64,000 nucleotides of DNA from assembly GCA_964106645.2 (NCBI GenBank), contig OZ067041.1. One strand, written 5' to 3'. Both the position numbers and the translations under genes were made by a program. Source of the stretch: Podarcis pityusensis. Its lineage: Eukaryota. Of the stretch, positions 49,576 to 62,603 are shown piece after piece (positions within the stretch are counted from its first letter, which is position 1; the number at the start of each line of letters is the position of its first letter). The notes beneath the pieces are model-generated. The model was given only the letters and a program-made list of their open reading frames with translations. It ran no database searches and was not told the DNA's origin.

Positions 49576-51565
49576 GTTTGTTGTGTTCTGAGTGTTAAGG
49601 TATTATAAGTTATCAATACCTAACGCATGGCATCCACCTTAGTCATTGCATTCAAATCTTCTGTTTGTGGAAATTATAGTGTTCAGAATGGTATTAGAAG
49701 CGCCCATCTGTGGAAAGATAATTTAGTAGATTAGAAAAGTGCTTTTCATTTCCTTCTCGCAAGCTCAGTAGTGCGAATCCATAGGCCCTTCCAAGGGAAT
49801 TTTGGGCTTGCTTTTCTCAAACACTGTCTCCCTCAATGCTGCATAGCAAATCTTTCAAAAATGAGGAAAATTTGAACGGCATTGTAGGGTATGATACGAT
49901 AAATTTGCTACTTAAAAGGAAGAAGTCATTTCAGCAGCTTTATAGAGACATGCTAGCTATAGATGCAGCCATCTATTGGTTGGAATGCAATTCGCATACT
50001 AGCTTGTTTCAAAAGCGCCAATTGCTGCCAGCTCATTTATTGCTAACTAATCTAAACTAGTTATTTCTCCAAACCACTTGCACACCTCTCAGTGAAGCGT
50101 TGGCTTATGACAATTGTTTTATGCCTCTTAATTGTAGTTAGGCAGTAACTTTGTAAGTTTACTTTTGAGAAAAGCAAATCCTTATCTCTTCTGGGTGCGT
50201 GTGACTAGCTGTATGATGGTACATATTCTAGCTTTTGTCCATTAAAAGGACTTGAAGTATCTGCTGCACTTTTGGAGTTAAAAGTAAGAGTTGTACCTAA
50301 TACGTTTCCCAAACTGGGTACCCCTTAGGGTGGGTAAGGTCAGGTTTTTGGATTATGTAGTCTTTACGTACAAACCACTTAAATACAAAAGTAGCCCTAT
50401 TGGAATATGCTTAAGAACTTAACTGCACCTGCAGAATCCACTACCCTCACTATAGACTCTTCCTTCCTGCCGCACTGAATGGCTATCACCATCAACTCAT
50501 GGTTGCAATATTAACTGTATTTCCAGCTTAATTATTAAATTCCTTGGATGGGTTTAATGTTAGGGTGGAATAGAAAACGCTTAACAAGTATTGACAATAT
50601 GTGCAAGGAACTTTTTCTCATCAGGTAGCTTCATAGACTTGCTCCTCACTTCATGTTATTGATTTATTTACTGTTAGAATATTTCTAATTTGTCCTTCAT
50701 TTAAAAGGCTTCCAGGGTGGTGTACAGAAGGGTGAATAAAATTAATTTTCACAACATACAAATAGAATTTCAAGCCAACCAATAAATGTAACGAAGTAAA
50801 ACAAAGCTAAAAACAGAATACCACACAATTCCAAAAACCATTTAAAATGCCCTAGGCAAATGGGAAAGGCTTCGCTGAAAATCAGGTAATATCAGTGCCA
50901 AATGTTCCAGAGTGGCACTCTGACAACCTCCTTTGTGAAAGTATAACATACCTCTGCTAAAGATGGTACTATCCAGATTTAGTGTTTCTCTTAAGTATCT
51001 TAGTTTTTCAGGACATGCCAGGTCCTGTTTTCTGGACTCATAGGAAAGGAAGAGAGCTTCTCTTCATGGTAGAAGGTTTCTAATGTGCTGCTTCATTTAA
51101 CACCTGGTTCTCTTTAGAAGCAGCACATAAGGCCTAAGGTTTATTAGTCCCAGTTACTGGGATAAGAAGGGCTTCTGTTTTTCGTTTTTCTAAATTGAGC
51201 TGTTGCCATTCCTTTTCTGTTGTCTGGTCAGATATACTTGTATATGCAGGTGATCCCAGTGTCTGGCTCAGGGGCACAATATGTAATTGGCTCTGCCCCC
51301 TGAGCTGCCAGTTTCCATTTGGCATGACCACCCCACCTGGCTCCAGCTGGTGTACCTGTCAGTTCTAGTGAAGAAAAGAAAAAAGTAGATCCCATAAGCC
51401 CTGGCGTCTGTCCATGCCTGGTTTAAAGAACCAGAACTTGCTTATGACCTGCCTGAAATTTATTCCACAGCTTCAGTACAGTAGATTGTCCCTAGCTGCC
51501 TTGGCTAGGAGACTGATGTGATCACAGCGTCTCTCACGTTCAAATATTTTCCCCTCCTCTACAAG

Positions 51566-51735
51566 GCTTTGGCAGTTCGAGCACATCTGGGTTTAACTTC
51601 AGCAATCCTGGCATCACGGCATCTGCTGGCCTGACTTTTGGGGTGTCCAACCCAGCCTCTGCAAGTTTTGGCACAGGAGGACAACTTCTCCAGCTGAAGA
51701 AACCCCCAGCTGGGAACAAGAGGGGGAAAAGATAA
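51566..51735 (+). CDS. NUP58: NUP58 last coding exon (GFGSSSTSGFNFSNPG...LKKPPAGNKRGKR*)
   Basis: Characteristic NUP58 C-terminus, TAA at 51733-51735. Confidence 0.97.
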
Positions 51736-53782
51736 ATGTGAAAAGGGGGGTGGGAGGGCTGGGGTCAGAGAAAAGGGACAACTCATTGGCATAAGTCATC
51801 CTGTGGGGAAATCTATTTTTTTAAGCTGATATATAGTAGGTGCTCTGTGTCCTTGGAGATTTATAACATTTTGCTACTTCTTCCCATTCTGGATTATAAA
51901 ACGTAATTGTAACAAACAGCTATTTTTGGGGTGACTCAGAACTCGTGTAAGAATCCTTTTTTTGTGGGGGGGGGATCATAGTTTTTAGATATGCACTTCA
52001 TTATTAAGAAACTGTGTAAAACCATCTATTTAACCTAAGATTAGTAACAGGATATTTTTGTTAATATGCTTTAAACCATATAGAGAGATGCATATTTGGT
52101 TTCCTTGTACAGGTAAAGTATATTCTAGTACAAATGCTTGAGTCCATGTCTTCTGTTTCTTGATATGGCCTTTTAAAAAACATCAGGGTGGTTTTGTGAA
52201 TATGTGTGTAAATATATACAGTATAAACGCACACTCAGATATGTATATGGGTACATACCATGCATTTCAGACCTTGTCTTGTAAGACAGAACGTTTTCAA
52301 GTTTGTGTTTTGGGTTCTTTCTCCCCTCCCATGTTGTGGCAGCATATTGGAAAACCAGCTGTAACTAATGCATGTGAGACATTGTGGGCTGTTTTGTCTG
52401 TTTTCCATTTCTGTTTTGTTTCCATTCAGTGCTTTAAATGAACTGGATGTTCAATGTAAACGTTCTCAGACTGGTTTGGTTCTCAGCTGTGGCGGTGTGT
52501 CTTTGCTGTACATTTGCTCAACTGCAGCCACGCGAACTACAGGGCTTCAGGTAGATTTTTGGAGAGCTGATGACTGATTAGTGCATTCTGAAACAGCATT
52601 CACAAACAGCTCACACAAGCGGTGTGGTCTCGCGAGAAGAATACATGGGAGTGATACCACAGATGCTTCCCAAAGGATGCTTTGAGGATGCAGAAATGTC
52701 TGCCCATAAAAATCAGTGTGCTGCTCTCCCATGTTGGGCTGTTCACATGAGCAGGTCATGTGCACGAGTGGTTTGCATAAGATGGGGCTGTTTTGGAACA
52801 GACGGGTCCACTTAAAGTTAGGGCTCACTTCCATCCTAGAGCAGACAGACTCTGCTTCTCTCATCATTCTGCATGAATTGATGCTTACAGGTAGCAGGCA
52901 TGGTAAGAGGCTACGAAGGGTCAATCACAGCAGGACACTTGAGAGTAAACTTCAATATTTGACACAATTACAATAGTGTTAGCCTTGCATTAGTTGAGCT
53001 GCATCTCCAGCTCAGTGAATGTTTTAAAACAGAAACAACAGGAACATTTATTGCCTTAAATGAGGGACTACAGTCATAGTCCTTGAACTGTGTTGCCAGC
53101 ACAGACCCCATTCACTTCACTGGGGCTTGTGCTAGGCCATCTCTTTTGAGGGCCGGGCTGTAAATTAGCCCATCAGATCATTGCTCTGTGTGTGTGCGTG
53201 TGCGTGTGTTTGTGTACAGAATTTTTGTGAGGTCTAGCCTTTTTACACAAAGAATATTTTGTATATAACTCCAAGCAGATATTCGTAGTTCTCATCTAGG
53301 CACCTTTAAAAACAAAAAAATTAAGTCGTGCACGTATGTATTCTCTGGTTTTGAAGTTGGTTGCTTTCAGGCATTACTATTTTTGTAAGTTCTGCCAGCG
53401 TTTTTTGTCTTCATGCAACAGCAAGTCATCTGGCAAATGTGTGAGTCCTGAGTGTGATGCATTCAGAAGTAAGGGGAATAGCTTACTTAACACAAGTCTT
53501 TTCACCTTTATATATGAAGTATGGGCCGTTTTTCTTTTTCTTTTGGAAAGAGGAAGAAATTAAACTTGACAGAATTAAGGAAAACTTAAAAACAAATTTC
53601 AGGCCACAGTTCTGTTTTGAATTTGTATTTGGGCTCCAGCAAAAAAGATGTGCAAACTTGGATGTATGTTAACTCCTTTTTACAATATTAAAATGTTAAA
53701 ATTTCTTTGTATATAATTTGTGAACCTATTTTTTTAACTGTGTTGTCTTTGTCCATATGTGCATCTTTTCTGTTCTACAAAT

Positions 53783-53788
53783 AATAAA
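53783..53788 (+). terminator. NUP58 (p58) poly(A) signal; 3'UTR ~51736-53810
   Basis: AATAAA after a U-rich, TGTA-rich, repeat-poor UTR-like tract, with GU/U-rich sequence downstream. Confidence 0.7.
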
Positions 53789-54039
53789 ACGGATTGAAGT
53801 GTGATGTGTCAATAATACTTGCATTTATTTCTGCATGGTGTTTTCATTCCTCTTGGGCTGTGATCCCCCACACATGATATTGTGCTCAGTGGACTATCGG
53901 TGGTGCTGTTTCAAACAATATGTTTTCTGTTACATAAGAACAACCCTGAGCGTTTCCCAATATGCATTTGTATGGCCAGTGTAACATATGATCCAATCCA
54001 ATCCCTGGATTTAACCAGCAGCAATTCCTTTCAGTTCAA

Positions 54040-54455
54040 TTATTTTCTATACCACCCTTCTGAGGACCATAGAGCAGTTCACAGTATTAAAGGTTCACAG
54101 TATTAAAAACACAAAATACATAACAGTAACAAAAACAATACACGCATCCCCAACAGTTTAAAAGGCCATAGATTGTTTAATTCACCAAAGGCCTGGTTAT
54201 AGAGAAACATTTTTGCCTGGCACCTAAAGGCATATAATGAAGACGCCGGCCGAACCTCCCTGGGGAGAGCATTCCACAAATGGGGAGCCACTGCAGAAAA
54301 GTCCCCGTTCTTGTGTTGCTGCCCTCCCAACCTCTCATGGGGGAGTCACATGAAGAAGGACCTCAGGTGATAAACACAGAGTCTGGGTCTGTTCATATGA
54401 GGAGAGGCAGTCCTTGAGGTATTGTGGTCCTGAGCCTTTAAAAGGCTTTATAAGC
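54040..54455 (-). mobile_element. L2-type LINE 3' fragment; related fragments at ~23290-23520, 35335-35800, 40960-41370, 50660-50930, 8430-8600
   Basis: FSAVAPHLWNALP peptide typical of L2 RT C-terminus. Confidence 0.72.
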
Positions 54456-54989
54456 CTCAATCACAATGGACAGAAAAATGAACCGTCGTCGTACTTGGAG
54501 TTGCTGGTGTCCTTTGTCCATTATATTCACGTCCACAGTTGTGTTGCTGAAAAACACTGGAACTGAGTGTGGCGAAAACACCCTGAGTCCTCCCTACACT
54601 TAGGAACATTTTACTGATTTGGCACTTGGGTTGGATAGATCCCAATTCAGCATTTAAATATTTTAAAATTTTGACTGACTCAGTACAATTCTATGCTTCA
54701 TGTTACTTTTTTTAAAAAAAAAATACAGTATAGGGTTGGTATCAGGGATCTGTTAGTTTCTAAGGCATCTCACATCATATCTTACAACCTTTATTTTTTG
54801 TCTTCAGCTCAAAACCTGGATAGATGAATTAAAATACTGAATGATCCGTATCATTTGTTGTTTCAGCCACTGGCCATTACAAAAGATCATGAAAAAGTTA
54901 CACTTGATATTGGACGTTTGGTAACTTTAATACCTTGGGTGATAGCTAATTCCCCCCTGAAATGGTTTACAACATATGATAAGGAAATG

Positions 54990-55750
54990 CGATGTCTATG
55001 TACTATTTCTATGTAGTTTGTGCAGGAATTCCATGTGGATTGTGTGCTTCAATGGGATACACACTGAACATATTCTCAACAAAGAATACATTAGCCCTTT
55101 ACCCAGGACTCTTTGTTTTTTTTTGCTGAGACACAGCCAACCCCCAAAAACTTTTATAATTTGTATGTAGATAAGTAAATCAAATGTTTGACTCTTTGTT
55201 TCTGTGGTGCTTACGTAGGAATGCCTAGTGGATCAGGTCCAGCTCCTAGTGTATCACCTGTTGCAATGGGAAATATACCAAAGATATTTACAACGGATTA
55301 TGCATCAGGTAAATTTTGCAACCTTAACATTGCCGCAGGGATCTTTGCTTTTGCTGCAACACCAAGCAACTCTGCATTGGAATTGTTTCAATTTGGTATC
55401 AGGATAAGAAAAACAGGTGTTTGACTTTTATTTCTATGGTGCTTATGCAGGGGTTTCGAGTTCACCAGGTCTGACTCCTGCTGCATCGTGCACTTCAGTA
55501 GGATGTTCACCGAACCCATTCACAATGAATACACTAGGTAAATTTGTTAGTCTGTGAGGTGCTGCAACGCTTTGGGTTTTTTTGCTGTAGCACAAACACC
55601 CCCGCCCATAGAAATTGTTTACAATCAGATGTTTGTGTTCTATTTCTGTGTGGCACTTATGCAGGAATTCCAGGCCCAGCACCCAGTGGATCATGTACTT
55701 CAATAGGATCTGCACCAAACATACTCTTAATGAAGACTGTGCCAGGTTAG
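54990..55750 (+). repeat. Diverged tandem array of four ~200-bp units, each with acceptor plus exon-like ORF (55026-55094, 55219-55308, 55451-55537, 55665-55745)
   Basis: Shared tgtttg..ctatttct.tg.gg..cttatgcag|G acceptors, related peptides, lengths 69/90/87/81 nt (all 3n), GT donors on units 2-4. Confidence 0.8.
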
Positions 55751-56464
55751 ATAATTTATATGACATTTATGCTCTGGTTCTTACTATGATTTTCAGCTCC
55801 GAGGTAACTCTGAATGGGTTTCCACTGTACAAAGTGTTTTACCGGTCTCGTGTGACTTTCCCCAGAGATAAGGAGATAGATGTCAGATTACAAAATATTA
55901 GCTTGCTGAAATCTGCTTGGCAAGCTGTGTAGATAACGGGGGTTTAGGCCTGCACTCATATCAGCCCCAGCAACTATGGCCAGTGGCGAGCAATGAGGGG
56001 AGTTGTAATTCAGCAACAACTGGAGGGCTAAATGCTCCCTGCACCTGAGATAACTTTTCTCTAGGTCTTTCCTAACTAAAGACAACTCTTACCCTACCTG
56101 AAGACATGCATTGTCCCAGCAAGAGTGGACCATAATCCACTGGTACAGAATACACTTTGTTTTCCCTCCCACCCAAAAGAGAAAAGTTTGGGCTCAATCC
56201 TTGCAACTCCAGCTAAAAGATTTGAGGTGGGATTATACCCCCCAAACTTGCTGTCTGAGTCTTTGGTCAGGGAGGAAAGCACTGGATTATATGGAATCAT
56301 ACATTTTTTAGAGTGGAAAGGAACTCTGGGGTCCCCCCCCCAAAAAAAGCTCTGATCATTATATCCACCTTGCAACCTCAGCAGATGGCTGCCCTTCTTT
56401 AACTATCTAATGAAGGAGAACTCACCATCTTCTGAGGCAGTCCGTCAAACAGCTCTTATACATA

Positions 56465-56634
56465 CCGTATTTTTTGCACCATAACACTCAACTTTTTTCC
56501 TCCTAGAAAGTAAGGGGAAATGTCTGTGCGTGTTATGGAGGAAATGCCTACGGGTGGCATGCCTACAGATTTTCCTCCTCTAAAAACTATGTGCGTGTTA
56601 TGGTCGGGTGCGTGTTATAGAGCGAAAAATACAG
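56465..56634. mobile_element. Tc1/mariner (Tc2-like) MITE
   Basis: TA|ccgtattttttgcaccataacac ... gtgttatagagcgaaaaatacag|TA. Confidence 0.82.
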
Positions 56635-57425
56635 TACCTTAATCCTGCCACACATTATCATTACCACTAGGTGGCACTAAGTGCCTAGTAGTCCAGCCCC
56701 CCCCCCCCCCCAATATCAGTGGAAAGACTTTGGACCTCCTTGCTTTTCTGAACTGATACTACTACTACCAAAGATTTTCTACCCACCATGCAGAACTCCA
56801 CACTCGGCTCCAATTCAGCAGGCACCTTCTGCTTTTAAGTGAAAATAAATACATTGGGAGCTCCAGCCACTGAATTCCCATACAATATAGGAAGCTGCCT
56901 CAATACTGAGTCAGACCATCTATCTCAATATCGTCTGCACTGACACCTGTTCTGCCCTATATATATGTAAAGCAGTATTTAAACAGTCATGACTTCCCCA
57001 AAAGAATCCTGGGACGTGTAGTTTGTTAAGGCCGCTGAGAGTTGTTAACAGACCCTTATTCCAAGACTAGTTTAACAATCAATCCCTCTCTACAGAGAAC
57101 TCTGGGAATTGTAGCTCCGTGAGGAGAATGTGGGTCTTCCTAACAACTCTCAAAGAAGAGTTGCTATTGTTTTGTTTTCTATTTATTTGTGCTTTTATCT
57201 GTCTTGTGAATCACCTTGAGAACTTTGGATGAAAGGTGGTATATAAATTTAATAAATAATGACAAATAATGTGTTCCGGCCTCTCTGGCCCTCAGGACAC
57301 TCCCCAGGCCACGCCATTCACTGGTCCTGCTTCACCCCCTCCTTGAGTGTTTTTGCTTGGCTGAAATGTGTTATTGACATCTGATAATGCCTCTTTATTG
57401 CCCTAACGGAGGGTACAGAGGAGTG

Positions 57426-57451
57426 GTGTGTGTGTGTGTGTGTGTGTGTGT
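57426..57451. repeat. (GT)n microsatellite
   Basis: Directly visible. Confidence 0.95.
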
Positions 57452-57649
57452 AGAAGCTGGCCTGCTGTAAAAAAAGAAAAGGAAAAAAAGAGTGAGATTT
57501 ACATGAATTGCTCCTCCCACTTTTGTCTCTAGCCACACCCACCACTGGCATGTGATTCCTGGATGTTTGCTTTTGGAAGGGAAGGTGGCCTAATGCATGA
57601 AAATTATTCCCGATCTCCTGGCCTAAATTGTTTTTTCTCTTTACCTCAG

Positions 57650-57729
57650 GCATCATTAAGCGGCGTTCACCAGTAGCACTTAGCACCATCCTAGAAAATG
57701 GGGAGGTTACAGCAACGAAATTAAACTAA
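57650..57729 (+). CDS. Candidate terminal exon (GIIKRRSPVALSTILENGEVTATKLN*) phase-compatible with the exon array
   Basis: Strong acceptor ttgttttttctctttacctcag, open in phase 1; no homology evidence. Confidence 0.3.
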
Positions 57730-58349
57730 GGTGCATAGAATTAATCTCCTGGACAAGAAATGGCCATTCTCTCTCTCCCCCCCCCCCCCCATGCCTTGAT
57801 CCTAATACAGCACTGATACCAAGACCAGACTTTGTACCTGTCGCTTTTTCTCAAGAGTTATTACAAAGGTGACCTAGGCTTCTTGATCTGTGATTACATC
57901 CCTAACAAAGCTTAAAATGAAGGTAGGGTTGCCAATAACTTATTGGTACGCTCCTGTGCCTTTAGCAGCAGCTGGTTCTGCAGCAATGGATATCTCTGTG
58001 TTATGGGAAGCTTTGCCTGCTAATTCCTGCATCTCAAAAAGCTGTTAAAAGCATAGCTACAGAGGCAGTTTGAAAAGCTGGCAGTCCAGAACAAAGTCAC
58101 ATGTTGAGCATTTATGTGCAGGCTGTATCCTAGGAAAGAAAGGATAGAGTTATTTGCCTTATCCTGAAAACCCAGAGCAACTGGGTTGCTTTGTGGTAGA
58201 ACTGCAAGCATTCTCAGAATAACATGGTTGCCTGAACCCACTTTCTAACTCAAGGCCCACTGAGGTAGCATAGATTTCCTTGGTGTGTGACTTGACCGTT
58301 TCACATGACAAATATTTTTCCATCAATGAGTTTTATTTTTTCCACATTC

Positions 58350-58652
58350 CAGGCAAGTAGGGCAGGGGGACCTTGGGCCAAATGTGGCCCTCCGAGAATA
58401 TCTGGCTCTCATGACTCTCCCCAGGTGCCACCCTTCCACAGCTACACCTTCCTCCAGCATTTTTGCCTGACAGGAATGTATTTTTGATTCTTACTTGCCT
58501 GGATATAGGCTAGGGAGGGTTGTGTGAGTGTGTGGCCTACTATCCAGAGGTAAAATCTGCATTTGTTGCTCCGCCCACTTTTGCCTTTGGCCTTGTTCGC
58601 CACTAGCATGTGACCTCTGGAAGGTTGGACTGAAAAAAGTTTCCCAACTCTG
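58350..58652. mobile_element. Degenerate DNA-transposon-like repeat shared with ~57280-57620
   Basis: Shared blocks (ctccccagg..ccac; ttgctcc.cccacttttg; cact.gcatgtga). Confidence 0.55.
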
Positions 58653-59884
58653 ACATACACCCGTAATTCATTATTATAAATGTATGAAGATATGTAATTA
58701 ATCATGTTCTGCACAATGCATCCATAGTTACAGCTTCTTTTTTACGTTGGTTCCAGTGCAATAATAACCGCATACAACTTTTCCTTAAAATTGTATCGTT
58801 CCCTCCTGTAATTGTATTTCATAATCTTGATAAACACATGACAAATCTCCATACTACTGCTGGATGCTGCAGGCTGAGGCATGGAAATTATTTGTGTAAC
58901 TTGGTGAGCCAGATGGCAACTTGCTTTGCATGACCTGGGAAACTGTGCTGAACCTTTGGGTGGCAGTTCTACCCATTTGGACTGACCACCATGGTTTATT
59001 AAATGAACAAAGGGAAACAGTTTCTGCAGCTGAAGAGACAAGTCCACTATTCATCTTTAAAAGTGCCCTGCCTCTTCTGCATTGCTGCTGTAGCAAAACA
59101 AGAAGCAACTCCTTCCTTTGGATCTCAGCTTCTTTCTATAATGAAATAGAACCTAGGTCCATGACTTTCCTTTCTGAAACATTTGTGGCTTTTAAACCAT
59201 GGCTTTATTTTAATAATTGCATTTGACATAAAATATTCGAACAGGCTAAAGGCTGGATTAAAATTCTATGGTGTTGATTTCAAACGTTAAGGCACTCTTG
59301 AAATTAATTTTAAATTGCAGCTGGGTTCATGTTAGTTTAACTCATAGCCCCATCCTGCATCTCGTATGTGGAGACACAGATGACCTCATTTCCAAGTGCC
59401 CTCAATTTTACACCTTCCACAAGCTCTGTGGCTGCTAAATAAAACAAGACCAAGGTCTTCTCTCCCCTCCACCCCAATTTTCAAATACATCTGCAATGGG
59501 GAAAGCAGTATGAACTCTGCCATTGTGTGTTTATATGTATGTGTGTGTCATTCTCCGTGTGTGTGTGTGTATATATATAAACATACACAGAGTACACGCA
59601 CCATTGCCAAGGTTGTGTGTGCACGCATGTGTATTCATGAAATTAATTAGTATTTTATATGAAAAGTCTCTCCTGCACTCATCCTCTCAACTGTGCTAGG
59701 TGTAACTTGTTGTTACCATTAACTAACGAGTTAACACGCTTATAATACCCCAGCATTCTTTCTTAAAAGTAAAGCAGTGAACTAAATGGACCAAACACAG
59801 ACAAAGAAACCCATTTTTGAAAAAGCAGTTAACTCATAAACATAACCAAACCCCTCAAGCTTATATTTGGTTATAGACATAATA

Positions 59885-60083
59885 CAGTGGTACCTCAGGT
59901 TACAGACTCCGCTAACCCAGAAATAGTACCTCGGGTTAAGAACTTTGCTTCAGGATGAGAACAGAAATCATGCGGCGGCAGCAAGAGGCCCCATTAGCTA
60001 AAGTGGTACCTCAGGTTAAGAACAGTTTCAGGTTAAGAACGGACCTCCAGAACGAATTAAGTTCTTAACCCAAGGTACCACTG
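59885..60083. mobile_element. Tc1/mariner (Tigger-like) MITE
   Basis: TA|cagtggtacctcaggtta ... taacccaaggtaccactg|TA. Confidence 0.87.
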
Positions 60084-60534
60084 TACCAAGATGGTATTGT
60101 TGGGAGGCTGATTCTTTCTCCTCTGACGTATAACATTGATCTGGGCAGGCTGAATGTCAGGGCCCAACAGTTAACTTCCACGGTCCTAGGACCCCAACAG
60201 ACCAACCAACACTGGCATCTGCCCTGGGACCTCCATGCCAGCTGGTTATAAGCCACCATTTTAAATTTCCGACACTGCCCACCAGGCATCTGGCATCGGG
60301 GTACTCCCTGCTCTGCCTCTCCCGGACCTCGCTTGGGTTTGGGTGGAGAAGCAGGGAACTGGAGGGGGCAGGAAGGTCAACCTGCCTGGCCCAGCCTCAT
60401 CCCCCTGATGCTCGCTTGGTCCACCTCACTCTGCCTGCCTCCTACCACTGCCTGTCCACACGCTGGAGGTGGGGGGAGTCACCAACTTCCAAGCTTCCCT
60501 ATAGCTGGAGTCACTTTGCACACACACTCTGTCT

Positions 60535-60780
60535 CCGGTGTGGTGTAGTGGTTAAGAGCGGTGGACTCGTAATCTGGGGAACCGGGTTCGCTTCCCCGCT
60601 CCTCCACATGCAGCTGCTGGGTGACTTTGGGCCAGTCACACTTCTCTGAAGTCTCTCAGCCCCACTCACCTCACAGAGTGTTTGTTGTGGGGGAGGAAGG
60701 GAAAGGAGAATGTTAGCCGCTTGGAGACTCCTTTGGGTAGTGATGAAGCGGGATATCAAATCCAAACTCTTCTTCTTCTC
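60535..60780 (+). mobile_element. tRNA-derived SINE (Squam3-like)
   Basis: tggtgtagtggttaagagc A box, gggttcgcttccc B box, (CTT)n tail. Confidence 0.85.
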
Positions 60781-62603
60781 CATGTGCCCTTCCTGTTAAA
60801 GTGGGGTGGTTCCCCGTTTTATGCTATTTCACTTAAGTGGGGTAGGAGGAGCCTGTATATCCCTATGTTATTTATTTCCTTTGTGGCTGAGCGTTCCAGC
60901 CTTTGCTATTGGAGGCCACATGATTCAAAAGCAGTTCAGAGTGATGGTTACTGCAGAAATTGTTAGAGAAAGGCTGGGTTTTACAAGAGAGAGAAGGAAG
61001 GTAGCTACGTTGTCATTTTACACTGCAATCCTGGTAAGCCTATTTACTCAGAAGTAAATCCCGCTATGTTCAATCGGGCTTACTCCCACGTAAGTGCAGC
61101 CACACAGTGCAAGCTACAAAATATGTCTATACCCCGGCACACGGAGTGTTATTGTGCGAAATGATTACACAGAGTTATTCCCAAGATTGTTGCCTTCATT
61201 TCTTAGCCCTCCCAAGGAATAGCAAAGGAAAGGAGTCAAGAAAGAAAACGCATTTTTATTGAGATGTAAATTACGTTTTAGCTCTGTGTATTATTCAAAT
61301 CTGTTGCTGAGGAAGAAAGGAATATTTACCCGTCTTGGGTTGCTGCTGACTAAGGAAACAGGGGCAGGGGGAGGGAAATCACTCAAACATAAATATTTTA
61401 TAGAGACACTCTCCAATATTTCTATTGTTAGTGCTGCTCCCATCATCTATTATATACCTTTTGCAATGGACATTCAGGGTGCTTCCAGACGGCCGCTATT
61501 CTGGGGTGGGATTCAGTCACATCTTAGCAAATTAAGGCTAAGTTGATGGAGAGGTCTTGCACAACAAACCTCTTCCCCAAATATTGCCCCCCCCCCACAA
61601 TAATTGCTGGGTAAATCTGCTGGATAGTGTGGGGTAGCATTTGCCTTGACACAGCATCATCTAATCTCCCCACAAACAAGATGTTGTTGTTGTTTAGTAG
61701 TGTCCGACTCTTCGTGACCCGGACAATCTCATATAGTAACAAATCAGGATGGATGCTCAACAAGCAGGTTGTCTGGAAGAGACTCCAGGGTGCTCCAAGA
61801 CATGTATCATATTTATTGTGAGATGAGGATTCCTCATGCATGCGAGGTTTTTGCAGCAAACACAGGATGTTGTTCACATCAAATGCCAGCCCGTATGCTC
61901 CCCACCAATGTTGGTTATGACCTGCTTTTGATATCTTACAGTCTGCATATGCTAAATTGAAGCAACGTATGGAAGCCACAATAAGCATTAAAGCATACAA
62001 GTGAAAACTAGGAGTCGTTCCCAACATTTCTTGTAGTCAAGGATGAAGACTTTTGTGGCCCTCCAGATGGTTTTGAACTTCAACTCCCATCAGTCCTAGC
62101 TAACATGATCAATGGTTATGGATGATGGGAGCTGTAGTCAAGTAATGTTTGAAGCGACACAGGCTACTCATGGCTGTTCTATATCCAGTTATAAACGTAA
62201 GCATTTTCTAGCCTTGTGGCTGGAAATCCAAATCAGGGTACACTAGTACACTCTCTCTCTTACAGAAGGGATGGGGAACCTGTGGCCCTCCAGATATTAC
62301 TGGACTACAACTCCCATCATCCCTGGCCATTGGCCATGCTGGCTGGGATTGATGAGAGTTTTTCTTTTTTATCTACATAGCAGACTAGTGAGAACAACAA
62401 AAAAAGCAAATGAAAGGAAAATAAAAAGTATAGTTTGGTGCAGCAAGAGAATAGCCACGTGAACAGAAAATGCTCAGAATTAATAATAATCCTACAAAAG
62501 CAAATGCAACTTGATTTGGAGCCAGTCCAAGAAGCCAAATCACAGGAGCATTTTCCTAATCAAGCTATGGAAATAATTTTGCTCATATCTTTATATTTTA
62601 CAA

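Noticed and set aside
54867-54920. AG/GT-bounded 54-nt segment just upstream of the mini-exon array
   Set aside because: Contains stops in the phase-1 frame and no similarity to the array units; could only be non-coding or in another phase
54990-55750. CRISPR-like repeat-spacer interpretation of the periodic array
   Set aside because: Eukaryotic locus; repeats are degenerate splice acceptors, the intervening segments are homologous to each other, and there are no cas genes
61524-62027. 167-aa minus-strand ORF
   Set aside because: No recognisable domain; overlaps a repeat tail (gttgttgtttagt..gtccgactcttcgtgacc) and lacks splice context
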